From Conidiobolus incongruus B7586 (taxonomy: Eukaryota): a stretch of DNA of 38,840 bases. The stretch lies in the NCBI GenBank assembly GCA_000697335.1, contig JNEM01010535.1, positions 1 through 38,840 of the forward strand, given 5' to 3'. The position numbers and the translations under genes were made by a program. The notes beneath the pieces were generated by a model, which made no database searches, had not been told where the DNA came from, and saw only the letters and a list, made by a program, of their open reading frames with translations. Of this stretch, positions 1-11,301 are shown piece after piece. How positions within the stretch are numbered: the stretch's first letter is position 1; each line of letters opens with the position of its first letter.

Positions 1-1372
1 GGAAATAATCTTAATAAAAAATTTATATAAATATTATATTTTATAATTAAAGATTTTAATTAGAAAAATACTTATAATATAGTTTAATAAAATATTTATT
101 AATCTAGCTTTTTAGAATATTAGGGCTTTATATACCAGAACTTATTACTAAGGTATTATAGCAGAATAACCAGAAAAAACCCTTTTATCTTTTTTACTTT
201 TTGGGTTTAAATAGTTAATTCAGTGAATAAAATATCTAACAAAAAATATCTTTGAATTTTAAATTAACAAAGACAACTCAAAATAAAAATAATATTAATT
301 TAACTATCAAATTCAGAAGGGTAGTTAATTTTGAAATACAATAATAAGGATACAAAACAATATATATTTAAAGAGTACATAGGTATTATAGTATTTTATT
401 GATAATTAAGATTTGTTTATTGAATGTTATAATTAAAAACTGGTTGTATAATGTTATTTGATTTTTCAGCTAATTTAAAAATGGCTTAAGAATAATTATA
501 TTTTTGAATTTATAATATTATAAAAAATATTGATATAAAGTAATTATTAAGAAATATTTGTTATTTTATATTTTGTTAAATATTAATTATAAAATAGTTA
601 AGATATAATAAATGATTTGGTTAAAGCAAACATATATCATGATAATATCATTATTTAAACAATAAGTAATTTTTTATAAAAAATATATTAGATTATGAAT
701 AATATTACTGTTCTAATTTTATAAATTTCTAAAAAATAAAAATTAAAAAATTGTAATCAAGGCATAGGGTTAATTTAATTCTAAAGGTAGATTAAAAAAT
801 TAATTGAAATTTGATTGATTAGATATATAATCGCGTTATTACATCTATAGAAATTGATATAAGTGAATTGAATTTATTTTTATCTAATCAGGCGAAACCG
901 AGTTTATTATTTAATAATTAAGAAATTATGGTTTAATAATGGAAATAGTTTAAAATTATATTTGATTAGATTTAATATCAATGTTATAACACTAAATTAT
1001 TTTAAAATCAAAATATGTGGATCTTGATATTTATCGAATATTTTATCAATGGAAATGGTATATTGAACTATATGTTGATATAATAGACTTATTCTTACTA
1101 CTCAGAAAACTTTCTCCTATACGGTAGATGATTTTTTAACCTTATTTGAATAAGAATATATTTTAAATAAATAAAGGTTAATATAATCTTTCTATACTAC
1201 AGATTAGATGCGCTTAGTTTAGTTCAAATAAAATAATATGATCTTAGGATAAAATATGAAGATTACTGACCAAATAAAAAATGTGCGTAAATTTATTCAT
1301 TTGATTATAATATGATAAAATTAAAAGATAAAAATTTCATTAGCATCACATAATAAAATGAGTTTTGGAAGC

Positions 1373-3892
1373 TCAATTTATTGTTTTACATAATGCTTTC
1401 AGTACCCTTAAATTAGAGAATATTTCGAATAGCTTTTTAGAAATTGAGTTTCCTACCCTTTTAGTAGAACTGGATTGTTCATTATCCTTGTCAGTAATCT
1501 AATAGTAATCAATCAATACTTTGAAATATCATTTAGAGTACTTATACTTTTAAATTACTAATTAAATCGATTTTTTCTCAATCAGTTAAGATGCTCTGAT
1601 TAGCTCTTCAGGGGAGGGGTGCTTTGTGACCATGTCACTAGCAATATAAGATGTAATACTTGGAATTAGCTGAAGTACTTTATAGAATCGATTTTAGATA
1701 TTGCTCAGGTCATTGGCTGAAACAATTTTCTTCGCATGAAGCTGTTCTACATTTAATTTCTGACCTTTATGGCTTGGTTTAGTTCTAAATGTAATTATGA
1801 GTAATGAGATTATAATTGTTAATGAGCTTACATGTAAGGAATAGTAGCGACAGTAGATGAGAATAATTTGATATAGTTCATGATATCTATCATATTATCC
1901 ATAAACACCAAGTTGACTGAAAATCAAATTTGGATATAGTTAAGAAAGTTTTCTAAATGCTGTATATTCTCAGGATGGTATGCTCTATTTGTGAATGTGG
2001 TCTGACTTGATTGAGAAGTAGCATTATTACTTTGATTATGAGAAAGACTTCTCAGCTGTTGTTCGAAAAATTTTTTGCTTTGTTTGTGGATATTTTTGAT
2101 TGTCTCATGATAATGAGTGATTAAAATTGAAATTGACTTGGGATATAAAGAGTTGATGAAACCTTTATTCTTGCAGGTGTAGCTATCCTTTTTGGAAGCT
2201 TGAGATAAAGACCAACCGAAAATGTTCAAATCATTGACAATGTCATCTACATTTCACCTAAGCAAAACTCTATTCATCTGAGTGATTTTAAACTGTTCTT
2301 CTGGTACTGGATATAATATCCCATCATTCTGGTTTACATAAATTTTGTAGCATGAAATACTCTAGGCACGAAGGAATCTGGCTTTTATCACATAATATCG
2401 TATCGATATCCAGAGAATTTATAGAATCGTTATTCCTTTTCCCAATTCATTACCTTCTTGAGTCCAATGAGACGAGTATTTTACTAAGTGATGCTTACAT
2501 GCGTCTTCTATATTGGGCTTGACCCTATTTAATTGTGTGACTCGTGGTTTGGATTGATTATCTTAATTGAATAGCGTTAAATAATGATATTCGTGGTTAA
2601 AATATTAATGATAACTTGAATTGTAGAGAAGAAAAATATTTGGATATTATAAACAGTTGAGGAAGTATGTGTCTGTCGAGAAAGCGGTGTATCGTTGGTG
2701 GGGTTTATACTTGAGTCCCAAAACCAAATTAAAATCCAGTACATATTGCCCATTGTGATATAATTACTAATATATTCAAATAAATATGTGATGCTGGTTA
2801 TCCATCGTCAACAATAATCACTTCATCTAAATAATTAAAAAAATGTATCAATGAATGGGATTGAATCATACCTGTGAATCTGGATTGAGTATTATTTTGA
2901 GAATCTAACTAGGGTAAAGAAATAGAGCAGTCAAATGAAGCGCTGTGAAAAGAGTCATTTGGTAGTATACCTTCATTATCAAGTTATTCACATGTAATGC
3001 TATTATTTTTAAGTATTTACTTAGTTTAGAGTGTTCTATCATTGAATTGAGCCAAGCCTCGAATTCATTTTGAGCGCTTGCGATGTGACCATCGATAGTT
3101 GTGCTTTGAATTTCGTCTGAATCGTTGATACTGGTATGATTATATCATTAGTATTGTCTTGATGGTTTTCTGAATTGCTATGTGATAAGTCAATAGATGT
3201 GTCGTTCAAATGAGGAATGGAATCAAAAGGCAATTGGGAGCAAAATGCATCTATCAAATTCAAGTTGTTTTCAAAGCTAAGTGAAAATTTAATATTTCGA
3301 ATATGATCATTAAAGACATGAAGATCATTATGATTCTGGGATTCAGATTGACTTGGAGAAAATGAAGAATGCAATGATTCAATATCAGAAAAAACATATT
3401 CATCATGATATATAAAGAGATGCTATATACTTGTTGAAGAATAGTTCGAGTGCTGAAGTGTACATGGTTTAGAAGGGGAGACCAGATCAACAATTTCGAT
3501 ATTGTATTGAATTTCTGTTTCCTTATTGATGAATAAAATGCTGACTTTGGTACTCTATATTCAACAAAAAATGGAGAATCCAATTCGGAACTATCGTTCA
3601 AGCTGTTAATTTCAATTTTTGAAGATGCAGATAGTGGAATATGAATAAGGTGTGGATTGGGATCAACATAAGATGTTTCAATACATGAATCTATTTTGAT
3701 ACTGATTAGTAGCCAATATCGATTATTACATATTTGCTGATGAGATACAATATAGTATTAAATGTTTCAATAGATTTGATTGAATTTATCCAGGGGTGGT
3801 AGGGTTTTAATCAAGTTGATTTAATAGTATAAAAAATTAAAGGATTCAATGATTTTGGTTTCAAAATTCTAATTGATATCTACCTTGGTCAT
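1373..3892 (-). pseudogene. EME1: EME1/MMS4-like (non-catalytic Mus81 partner, ERCC4 plus HhH domains) pseudogene; 5' boundary uncertain
   Basis: Manual minus-strand translation gives LYPKSISILITHY...QHLENFLNYIQI*FSVNLVFMDNMIDIMNYIKLFSSTVATIPY, intron 1831-1785, ...NDLSNI*NRFYKVLQLIPSITSYIASDMVTKHPSPEELIRAS*, then a frameshift to KIDLISNLK, intron 1547-1499, ITDKDNEQSSSTKRVGNSISKKLFEIFS. This matches, from memory, fungal EME1 motifs (ISTIPY, LQxIxxVT...YPSP, RRIGxxxSKRIY). In-frame stops at 1926-1924, 1696-1694 and 1588-1586, plus several frameshifts. ORFs 3039-3374 and 3260-3601 look like a frameshifted Ser-rich N-terminus. Confidence 0.7.
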
Positions 3893-4892
3893 TGGTTCAG
3901 AATATGAAATACCAATTGAAGAACTAAAAAGTTTAATATTTATATTTAAATTATTCCTTAATATTATAATAACCATATATTTTGTCAATAATATATTACT
4001 TCTATTAAAATTATTCTGATAGGAAAAATTTAAATATAGTTTTAACAAAAATAACAATAATTCTATAATATATAATCAAAATTTTAAACCATTATTTAAA
4101 TACAAAATTTGAAAAATATCTACAGTTGATTAAACTTCTCAGGTATCATATGTGAGTAAAAAAAATAATAGTTGGTTTAAATACAAAACACAATTTATTT
4201 AATTAAAGATAAAGTTGATTAGGATAATATATGATCAAAAGTGTAAAGTGAAATAAGAACATAGTATTGTTAGAGTCAAAAATAGTTTTTATTTCATTTC
4301 AGATGATATTCCATGTAAGATTGGGATAATCTGCAATTTGAGTTATTCAAATATTGAATTTTTAAGAATAAAAATGCAAGTAAGAAAAAGAGTATAGAAT
4401 CTTTAGTAATAATAATTTAACTTTACTTTATAATCATTAAAGTGGATTATAAAGAATAGATCATTTTATTAGTTTGAAAAATTTCAATTTTTCATTTTTG
4501 TTTATTAGATTTATTGATATTATATTAATATAACGGCGAAAAGATATGAATTTGACTATATTTCAATGATTAAAAATGTCCAAGTCAATCAATTTGAACA
4601 ATGTAAAATTAGGATAAAGTGCTGAAAACTGTATTGGTAGTGGTGTATTTTAATAAAAAATTGATGGTGGTAACCTTTGTTGTAGTATATTTGACTTTCA
4701 TATTACTGAATTTAAAATAAATATATGCTTTGAAACTGGTATTAAATTTACATCATTATAAATTAATTTAAATATTTCGATTTTGTAATTTTAGTAATAA
4801 GGTAATTATCAACAACTAATACGTTTTAATAGATAAATGAATATATTAATTTTATAATTTTTATTATGGTATTTTAATAATGATTAGATTAT

Positions 4893-7800
4893 TTATGATT
4901 CAGAAGTAAATTCTTTGAAAAGTATACCTTCTAACGACTTTGGTACCCATCTTGAAGGTCTGATATTGTTGTTATACAATATATCACCAATAAACAAAGG
5001 ACCAATAATAATGGCTAAGAAAAATACAAATGTGACAATGAAAAGAATGCCGTATAATATACTAGCTCTTCTACGCTGAGCCCTCTGCCTTAAGGAAAAG
5101 ATAGGAGGGCGAATCTGACGACTTGGACGAAGCCAAAAGAGCATCATGGAATGCCATTTATCGATCAAAGGAATCAAAGTAAATGGAGCTAACATAAACC
5201 AAATGACATGAGCAACAATGTAATCCGTAGCAAATAGAGACAGTTCAATAATTTTACAAACAAATTCACGTAACGGTTGAGTCACAGTCATCCAACCCAA
5301 GCCAGCAGATACCCATTTTCCAGTCCACCAAGCAACATTGGCGCCATCGTGGCCAAATTCTCGAGTTAAGAAAAGGAACATTAATAACGAAAAGATGGCT
5401 CTTTGTAAAAACATAGAAGCAGTTAAACCCAATAGGGTATTTCCAAATTTCCAATTTTCAAAGAACCACAAGATGAGGAAGCAAATAACCAAATTCAAAA
5501 CAGCCCAAGCGTGAGCAATAGCAGCGATAATACCGCCGAAAGATTTGGCACATATGCTCATAATTGGACCTAAGAAGAGCGAAACAGGGAACAAAACAAT
5601 TAGAATACCAGCATTAAGAGCAATTGGGACAACAGCAACTATTGCGACTTTGACAAGTCCAGTTCCTCCAGCATATGGAACCAATTTATCTGCATTTGGT
5701 GGTGGAGTAGGATCTTCAGTAAACTGAGCACCTGTCTTGAGAAAAGTAGTCATCGGTCTAGCAAAGCAACCTAAGACAGAATATATGGCAATGAGGAATA
5801 TAGCAGTTAGGAAAGGGAGTAAGACTTCGCTAACAAAGATGATCAAGCGATTAGCTCGAGGAATGTGCGCACCGATCTTGCGCTCTTTATCACCAAGCTT
5901 TTTTCTCTTTTGACCAGTAATACGTGTACGGGCATATCTGCAATGAGCAATCCATGAATCCTTAGCAGAACTTGAGTTACCAGCTGACATCCAATGTAAA
6001 AAATTGCGATAGTCCAAAATAAACTCCATAAGAGAGAACTGGTGGGGATTGTAAAGCCAAGGAGATAAAATTAAACCCAAGCATGTAAACCAGAAGTAAA
6101 GCAAAGGTGCGGTAAATAAAGTAACGCAGCAGAACATTAAAAGTAGTAAGCTTCTCATACCAGAATAAATACTTGAACTTGCAAAACGAGAGTAAAGTGT
6201 AGCAAAGCTCTGTCGTGTTGTCGCAAAACCTCTTCCAGTACCAATGTAACGAGCACCACCAAAACTTAAATTGGAAAGAATCGAATGGGAATAGATTTGG
6301 GTTGTAAAGATTTCAAACATAGGAGCAAGTGAAGCAATTTGCTTACCAAGACGAGATGCCATTCGACTGAATCCTTGTTCAGAGAGCACTTGGAGAATCA
6401 AAGGAAGGAAGGTGATGAAAAAGACAAGGAATACGGATAGAATAGTACGTCGAACCCATCCAAGGATACTGTATTGATTAAGCTTAGGGGTGGTGGGGTC
6501 CCATTCAAAGGAATCTTCTCCTATTCCAGATGCAGTGCCAGGTAAACCGAGATAAAGAATAGCTGTACAGGCAATTGCTAGAAGGAAGACTTGGATAGAA
6601 AACATAATCATCATATTATTAATATGGAATCCAGGATGGGCATAAAAGAGAGTGAGGAATCGATCCAAGGGAAGTTGTGAATAGATGTAATAGTACTCTC
6701 TACTCAAAAGCTGTTCACCCATACCAGTACCGATCTTAGTGTTGAAGTTCAATACTGAGCAGAAACCAAGATCACGACCTTTACCACATTGAATATATTC
6801 AGAATGTTTGATTCTTCCACCTCGTTGGAAAGCATTCATACCAGCATAAATATCTTCATTAAGATGGAGTCCTTTCTGGGCCTTGCTGACACCACCACGG
6901 GTGTTCATGAAAATCATATTTAAGAAATCAGGGTGCCCATAATGAAGACGTCCACCAATTGTAGCCATGATACGATGCGTAAGGGTACCAAAAGTCTGTT
7001 CCTTACCAGCTGCAATGTCACCCAAAATACCAATGTTCTCCGAAAAGATATATTCACGAGCACCGATAATCGCAACTGGAGGAAGATCTTGGTCAAGTTG
7101 AGAGGGTGGCGCATAAGGAGAATGAGGGGGTGCAATATATTCATCAAATTCGGCTAATACAGAGCGGATCTTGAGTGCTTCTTCCAAGTAATTGTCCTGA
7201 TTAGCATCAATTACTTGAAGGTACTCACCTCTAGTAAAGATAATCGCGTGATTTTGATTGTCAGATTTACCATCACCAAGAATAGGATTTCCAGGAATTT
7301 GAATGCGGTAGCGAGGTACTCGGACGCCATTCTCGTCAGGCTCACAGTGTCCATCAATCAAACAACTGTACATGGTGGGAGGCTCGCCTTCAGTTTCAGA
7401 TGGTACTTCGTCCAAGTAAGCAATCTGCAAATCAGGGTAAGTTTTCAATAGGAACTCGACGTTTTCCTTTTCTTCCTTATTAAACTTAGTGAAGCGTTGC
7501 ATGGAAATCACGAAGTTGAATTTGCGACGGGACATCAAATCCAGCTCCTGCTCAAGCGCCTCGGTATTTCCTCCCAAGACATGCACCAATTCAGGGTTTT
7601 CAATTCGATGTAAAAGTTTAAGAGCTTTGGAATAATTCATGAAACCAGAAATGGTACGGTACAAAGTTTGGGATCTTAATGAGGCCCATATACGAGTTCT
7701 AAGAGTGAATTCTGGAGCAGCAGACTTGAACCCAATGCAATAAAAAGGAAGATCATCTGTTTTAGATTTTCCTGTGGCCTTATCAGCATCTTCTTCCAAA

Positions 7801-10790
7801 CCAAAGGATGGTGGCTCTTCGGACATGATAGAGTTTTCTTCAGCAAGGATCTTAGTATCTTTAACAAAGTTATCCCATTCAACAGCATACAAAGATTTCA
7901 AGTATTCCAACATAGTAACTCGAGTAAACTGATCATCTTCACGAATAATTTCTCTAAGGGATAACAAGATTTTTTCAGCATAATGAGGTGTGAATACAGT
8001 GAAAGTAGGCATGTTCTCAACAGGCAAAGGTTCAGGAATAACTGTAGATAAAGACGAGGCAAAGAAGGAGATACGACGCTCAGCTTCACTTCCAGGTGGG
8101 TAGAATTCAGCATTGACTTTTGTATCTTCTTGTGCAACAAAGAAAGTGGGGGGCTTGAGTTTCTTCTTACCCTCAACATCACTAGCCACTTGTTGATAGA
8201 GTAATTTCTGGACATGGTCAATGGAAATCAAATGATCACGATACATGGAAATCACAATCGCATTCCATACTTGAGAGCAAAGCATTTTTGGTCGAAGCTT
8301 GATTTCCATATTTGTGGTAGCTAGGATTTTGGTATAGATTCTTTTGGGGAGTCTGGAAAAAATATTTTTCCATGGAGAAAGTATGGAGATTCCCATCGTA
8401 AAAGCATGTGCAATACTAAACATAGAAGTCATAATAATGTACCAAAGATATGTATCCAAGAAGAACATAATTAATAACAATAAAGCCATAACCGCAATTG
8501 TGATATAGGGCATATATTGAACCACGTAGCCTTGCAAATAAGGATCTCTAGTATAAAATTGTTCAAAAGATGTTTCCTTATTGGTCAGTGCTCTTGCAAC
8601 AAGGAATAATGCTGTCATCGGATTTTTAAATGACAAAATCAAGGCCAAGTAACTTTCAACTATTTTAGCAATTGCAATACACGCCCACATCGAAAGAGAA
8701 GTCGCTCTGTTATGGAAAGATAAAGGTGAAAAGTCAGCAGTGAAAGCACGATTAATTAATCCGTTGTTGCTACTGTTGGCAAGAGTAAGACGAGGATTTC
8801 GAACGAATAGAGAATTGGGAGGTATTGTTGTGAGGATTGCAGTTGTTAAAATACCAATGACTAGAGCGACAATTCCGATGATTTTACAAAGATTTTGATC
8901 CCTCTTATATAAGAATATAGCAGCAGCACCTGGTATTACATTGGCCAAGAAAATCAAAAAGAGCATAAAGTAACGGTACATTAAGATTCGATAGTTTTTC
9001 CAGCTTTTCTGAACAAAGAAAAATTCAAAAAATGTGGCAGAAAGAGCAACTAATGCAGCAATTGCCCCTCCAAAAGAGATTGCTGCATAGCTTCTAGGGT
9101 TCGTATAATTCTGATCAGTTTTTGCTAGTTCATACTCAGCCTCTTCATAAAACATGATTGGACTATTATAAACCCAGAAAATGTAAAAAGTAGCCAAATG
9201 GAAAATCCAGATACGACTGAAGTTAGTAAGAGTATGAGCCCAGGTTCTTCTTTCGTAATAGGTCTTGATAAAGGATCGCTTATAGTTCACCTCTCCTAAC
9301 TTAGTCCAACGTTCGTGAGGATGGATCGACATCAAAGGGGTCTTTTTATCTGATAGAACAATACGATTAACTCCCTCCTTTGTCCAGAAGGTTTCATTAA
9401 TATCATCATAGCCAATGACCTGAGCATGATCTCTCTCTCTTTTCAAGAACTGGCCATTAACCACTTCATAATTTTGATCTCGAATATATTCGTATAGCGG
9501 TGTAATCACTTTGCGGAGATACTCTCCCTCTGGAACCGGTTGAGTGAGGTTTTGGCAGATTGGACCATGGTAATAGTCATAAGCAAGCTTGAATAAGAAA
9601 CAAAGACACTCGGGCAAATAACGGATATTAAGAGCTTCACCCCACAGACATAGATAAAGAGCAATTTGAAGCACACGTTCGTGTTGAGTGAGTTTGCTCA
9701 TCTTGTTACGCCACCATTCTTCGAGGGAATCGGCCATCATCATCTCCTCGACCTCTACATTATGAGAATCCTTTGCATTGGAGTTTTGTGAGTCAAATTG
9801 TAAGGGTGAGTCCTTGTTGAATTCGGCAGCAAAGTACCATTTGCGATAATTTGCATATTTTCCACCAATATAATCAGCATGGAGGGTCAGAAGAGCCATT
9901 GTAGGAGACATTCGGGAAGCACGGGAATCGAGCAAAGTCATGAAGGCATCGTATTGATTGCGAACATTGTCCTTTTGGAACCCAAATTTATCACCAAGGT
10001 CATTGAATATATCCAAAATCTCTTCCTTGGATAAAGGCACTTGATGTTCGGCGCACCATGCAGGCCATGGATAGTCTTTAGCCAAAGAACGATGGCCAGG
10101 AAGATCAAAATAGTTTGTCTGTCCATTTGCTTCAGAAACCCAAGAGCTAGCACGAGAAAATGAAGACACCGAATTTAACCCAAATTGGGGTTTTCTGCTT
10201 TCGATTAAAGCAAGTAAGGATTCTGTTGAAGGAGCGTAGCGCGCATATCTACTATCAGATAATTTGGGATTGCGAATAGCACCAAATAAATCTAAATTTG
10301 CAGCATATCCAGACTGCGAATTTGGAATCATTGATGAGCGATTGGAATGAATATCACTACGAGCCATAGAATCTACTTCAGAATCTGCATAGCGGTGAGT
10401 ACGAGGAGAGTGGCGGGGTTGACCCACATCTGGATAATAATTTTCCGAAGTTAGATGAGCATCGCGACCACGGTCTCCTTTAACCAATTCGGCATCAAGC
10501 ACAGGTGATGGTTGTTGGGGATGACCTCTAACATGAGGAGAGTCGAGGGAAGAATCTGAAGAATAGTAAGGAGAGCGGTTGGAAGGATCACCTTCATAAT
10601 GATCTCTCTCGTAATAAGAGCTTTCATCCAAATAATTGTTTAAAAATGAATTTTGTTGGTTATCATAATTAGGATTTCTAGGGTCAAAACTATCGGTTGA
10701 CATATTCTGGTTGTAGTAGTTATCGTTATTAGGATAACCACCCCCTCTTTGCGGCGGGCGGGTATTAGGATTATAACTTTCGTTTCTCAT
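4893..10790 (-). CDS. FKS1: 1,3-beta-glucan synthase catalytic subunit (GT48), intronless, 1965 aa
   Basis: Uninterrupted ORF with FKS motifs FGFQKDN, ALYLCLWGEA, GYDDINETFW, EAERRISFFA, PILGDGKSDNQNH, IDANQDNYLEE, HYGHPDF, GLHLNEDIYAG and QCGKGRDLGF, and many transmembrane segments. Confidence 0.99.
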   Translation of the reverse strand: MRNESYNPNTRPPQRGGGYPNNDNYYNQNMSTDSFDPRNPNYDNQQNSFLNNYLDESSYYERDHYEGDPSNRSPYYSSDSSLDSPHVRGHPQQPSPVLDAELVKGDRGRDAHLTSENYYPDVGQPRHSPRTHRYADSEVDSMARSDIHSNRSSMIPNSQSGYAANLDLFGAIRNPKLSDSRYARYAPSTESLLALIESRKPQFGLNSVSSFSRASSWVSEANGQTNYFDLPGHRSLAKDYPWPAWCAEHQVPLSKEEILDIFNDLGDKFGFQKDNVRNQYDAFMTLLDSRASRMSPTMALLTLHADYIGGKYANYRKWYFAAEFNKDSPLQFDSQNSNAKDSHNVEVEEMMMADSLEEWWRNKMSKLTQHERVLQIALYLCLWGEALNIRYLPECLCFLFKLAYDYYHGPICQNLTQPVPEGEYLRKVITPLYEYIRDQNYEVVNGQFLKRERDHAQVIGYDDINETFWTKEGVNRIVLSDKKTPLMSIHPHERWTKLGEVNYKRSFIKTYYERRTWAHTLTNFSRIWIFHLATFYIFWVYNSPIMFYEEAEYELAKTDQNYTNPRSYAAISFGGAIAALVALSATFFEFFFVQKSWKNYRILMYRYFMLFLIFLANVIPGAAAIFLYKRDQNLCKIIGIVALVIGILTTAILTTIPPNSLFVRNPRLTLANSSNNGLINRAFTADFSPLSFHNRATSLSMWACIAIAKIVESYLALILSFKNPMTALFLVARALTNKETSFEQFYTRDPYLQGYVVQYMPYITIAVMALLLLIMFFLDTYLWYIIMTSMFSIAHAFTMGISILSPWKNIFSRLPKRIYTKILATTNMEIKLRPKMLCSQVWNAIVISMYRDHLISIDHVQKLLYQQVASDVEGKKKLKPPTFFVAQEDTKVNAEFYPPGSEAERRISFFASSLSTVIPEPLPVENMPTFTVFTPHYAEKILLSLREIIREDDQFTRVTMLEYLKSLYAVEWDNFVKDTKILAEENSIMSEEPPSFGLEEDADKATGKSKTDDLPFYCIGFKSAAPEFTLRTRIWASLRSQTLYRTISGFMNYSKALKLLHRIENPELVHVLGGNTEALEQELDLMSRRKFNFVISMQRFTKFNKEEKENVEFLLKTYPDLQIAYLDEVPSETEGEPPTMYSCLIDGHCEPDENGVRVPRYRIQIPGNPILGDGKSDNQNHAIIFTRGEYLQVIDANQDNYLEEALKIRSVLAEFDEYIAPPHSPYAPPSQLDQDLPPVAIIGAREYIFSENIGILGDIAAGKEQTFGTLTHRIMATIGGRLHYGHPDFLNMIFMNTRGGVSKAQKGLHLNEDIYAGMNAFQRGGRIKHSEYIQCGKGRDLGFCSVLNFNTKIGTGMGEQLLSREYYYIYSQLPLDRFLTLFYAHPGFHINNMMIMFSIQVFLLAIACTAILYLGLPGTASGIGEDSFEWDPTTPKLNQYSILGWVRRTILSVFLVFFITFLPLILQVLSEQGFSRMASRLGKQIASLAPMFEIFTTQIYSHSILSNLSFGGARYIGTGRGFATTRQSFATLYSRFASSSIYSGMRSLLLLMFCCVTLFTAPLLYFWFTCLGLILSPWLYNPHQFSLMEFILDYRNFLHWMSAGNSSSAKDSWIAHCRYARTRITGQKRKKLGDKERKIGAHIPRANRLIIFVSEVLLPFLTAIFLIAIYSVLGCFARPMTTFLKTGAQFTEDPTPPPNADKLVPYAGGTGLVKVAIVAVVPIALNAGILIVLFPVSLFLGPIMSICAKSFGGIIAAIAHAWAVLNLVICFLILWFFENWKFGNTLLGLTASMFLQRAIFSLLMFLFLTREFGHDGANVAWWTGKWVSAGLGWMTVTQPLREFVCKIIELSLFATDYIVAHVIWFMLAPFTLIPLIDKWHSMMLFWLRPSRQIRPPIFSLRQRAQRRRASILYGILFIVTFVFFLAIIIGPLFIGDILYNNNIRPSRWVPKSLEGILFKEFTSES

Positions 10791-11156
10791 TTAATGAGAG
10801 AATATTAGAATTAGAATATATTATATTCTGGAATCAAGATATACTTGAATAATATGATGAAAAATGTTTATAAATGAATTGGGATGAATTATCCCAAAGA
10901 ATTTAATATGTCAATGAAAGAAGTAAATCAATATTTGTATAAACCAACCTTAAATAACAAAACTGAATAATTAGACAAGATAACTAGTCAACCAAATTGC
11001 CCCATAAATAAGGTGAAGTCAACCTTATATATTAGTATGACTGATGGAAATTTATGGAGAAGTATTATGGAGGTAATTGTTAGAATTGGGGTTAATTGAA
11101 TTTTTGAGCTGAATTTTCGTCATGAATATAATTTTATTAAATATCAACAGTGATTT

Positions 11157-11301
11157 TGATTGGCTGGATTAGGTTTCATACTTGGATCTGATTGGATGAT
11201 GAGTTACTCCTAATATTCAATCAATATGTATATTTATTGAATGTGGGTGGGTTTAAATGAATATTGAAAATGCATGAGGTAAGACGAAAAAGCGATTGGC
11301 C
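11157..11301 (-). promoter_or_regulatory. Cluster of three CCAAT boxes upstream of FKS1
   Basis: Minus-strand AGCCAATCA (11165-11157), ATCCAATCAG (11197-11188) and GGCCAATCG (11301-11293), all in FKS1 sense orientation ~370-510 bp upstream of the ATG, in a locally more GC-rich island. Confidence 0.4.

Noticed and set aside
3869..4057. 62-aa ORF
   Set aside because: AT-rich low-complexity translation with a non-ATG start; probably chance, although its last codons may overlap the start of the EME1-like relic.
5266..10153. Small alternative-frame and antisense ORFs inside FKS1 (likewise inside BIO3-BIO1, VPS4, MAS2 and the TPR gene)
   Set aside because: They are shadow ORFs of real coding sequence with no recognisable motifs.
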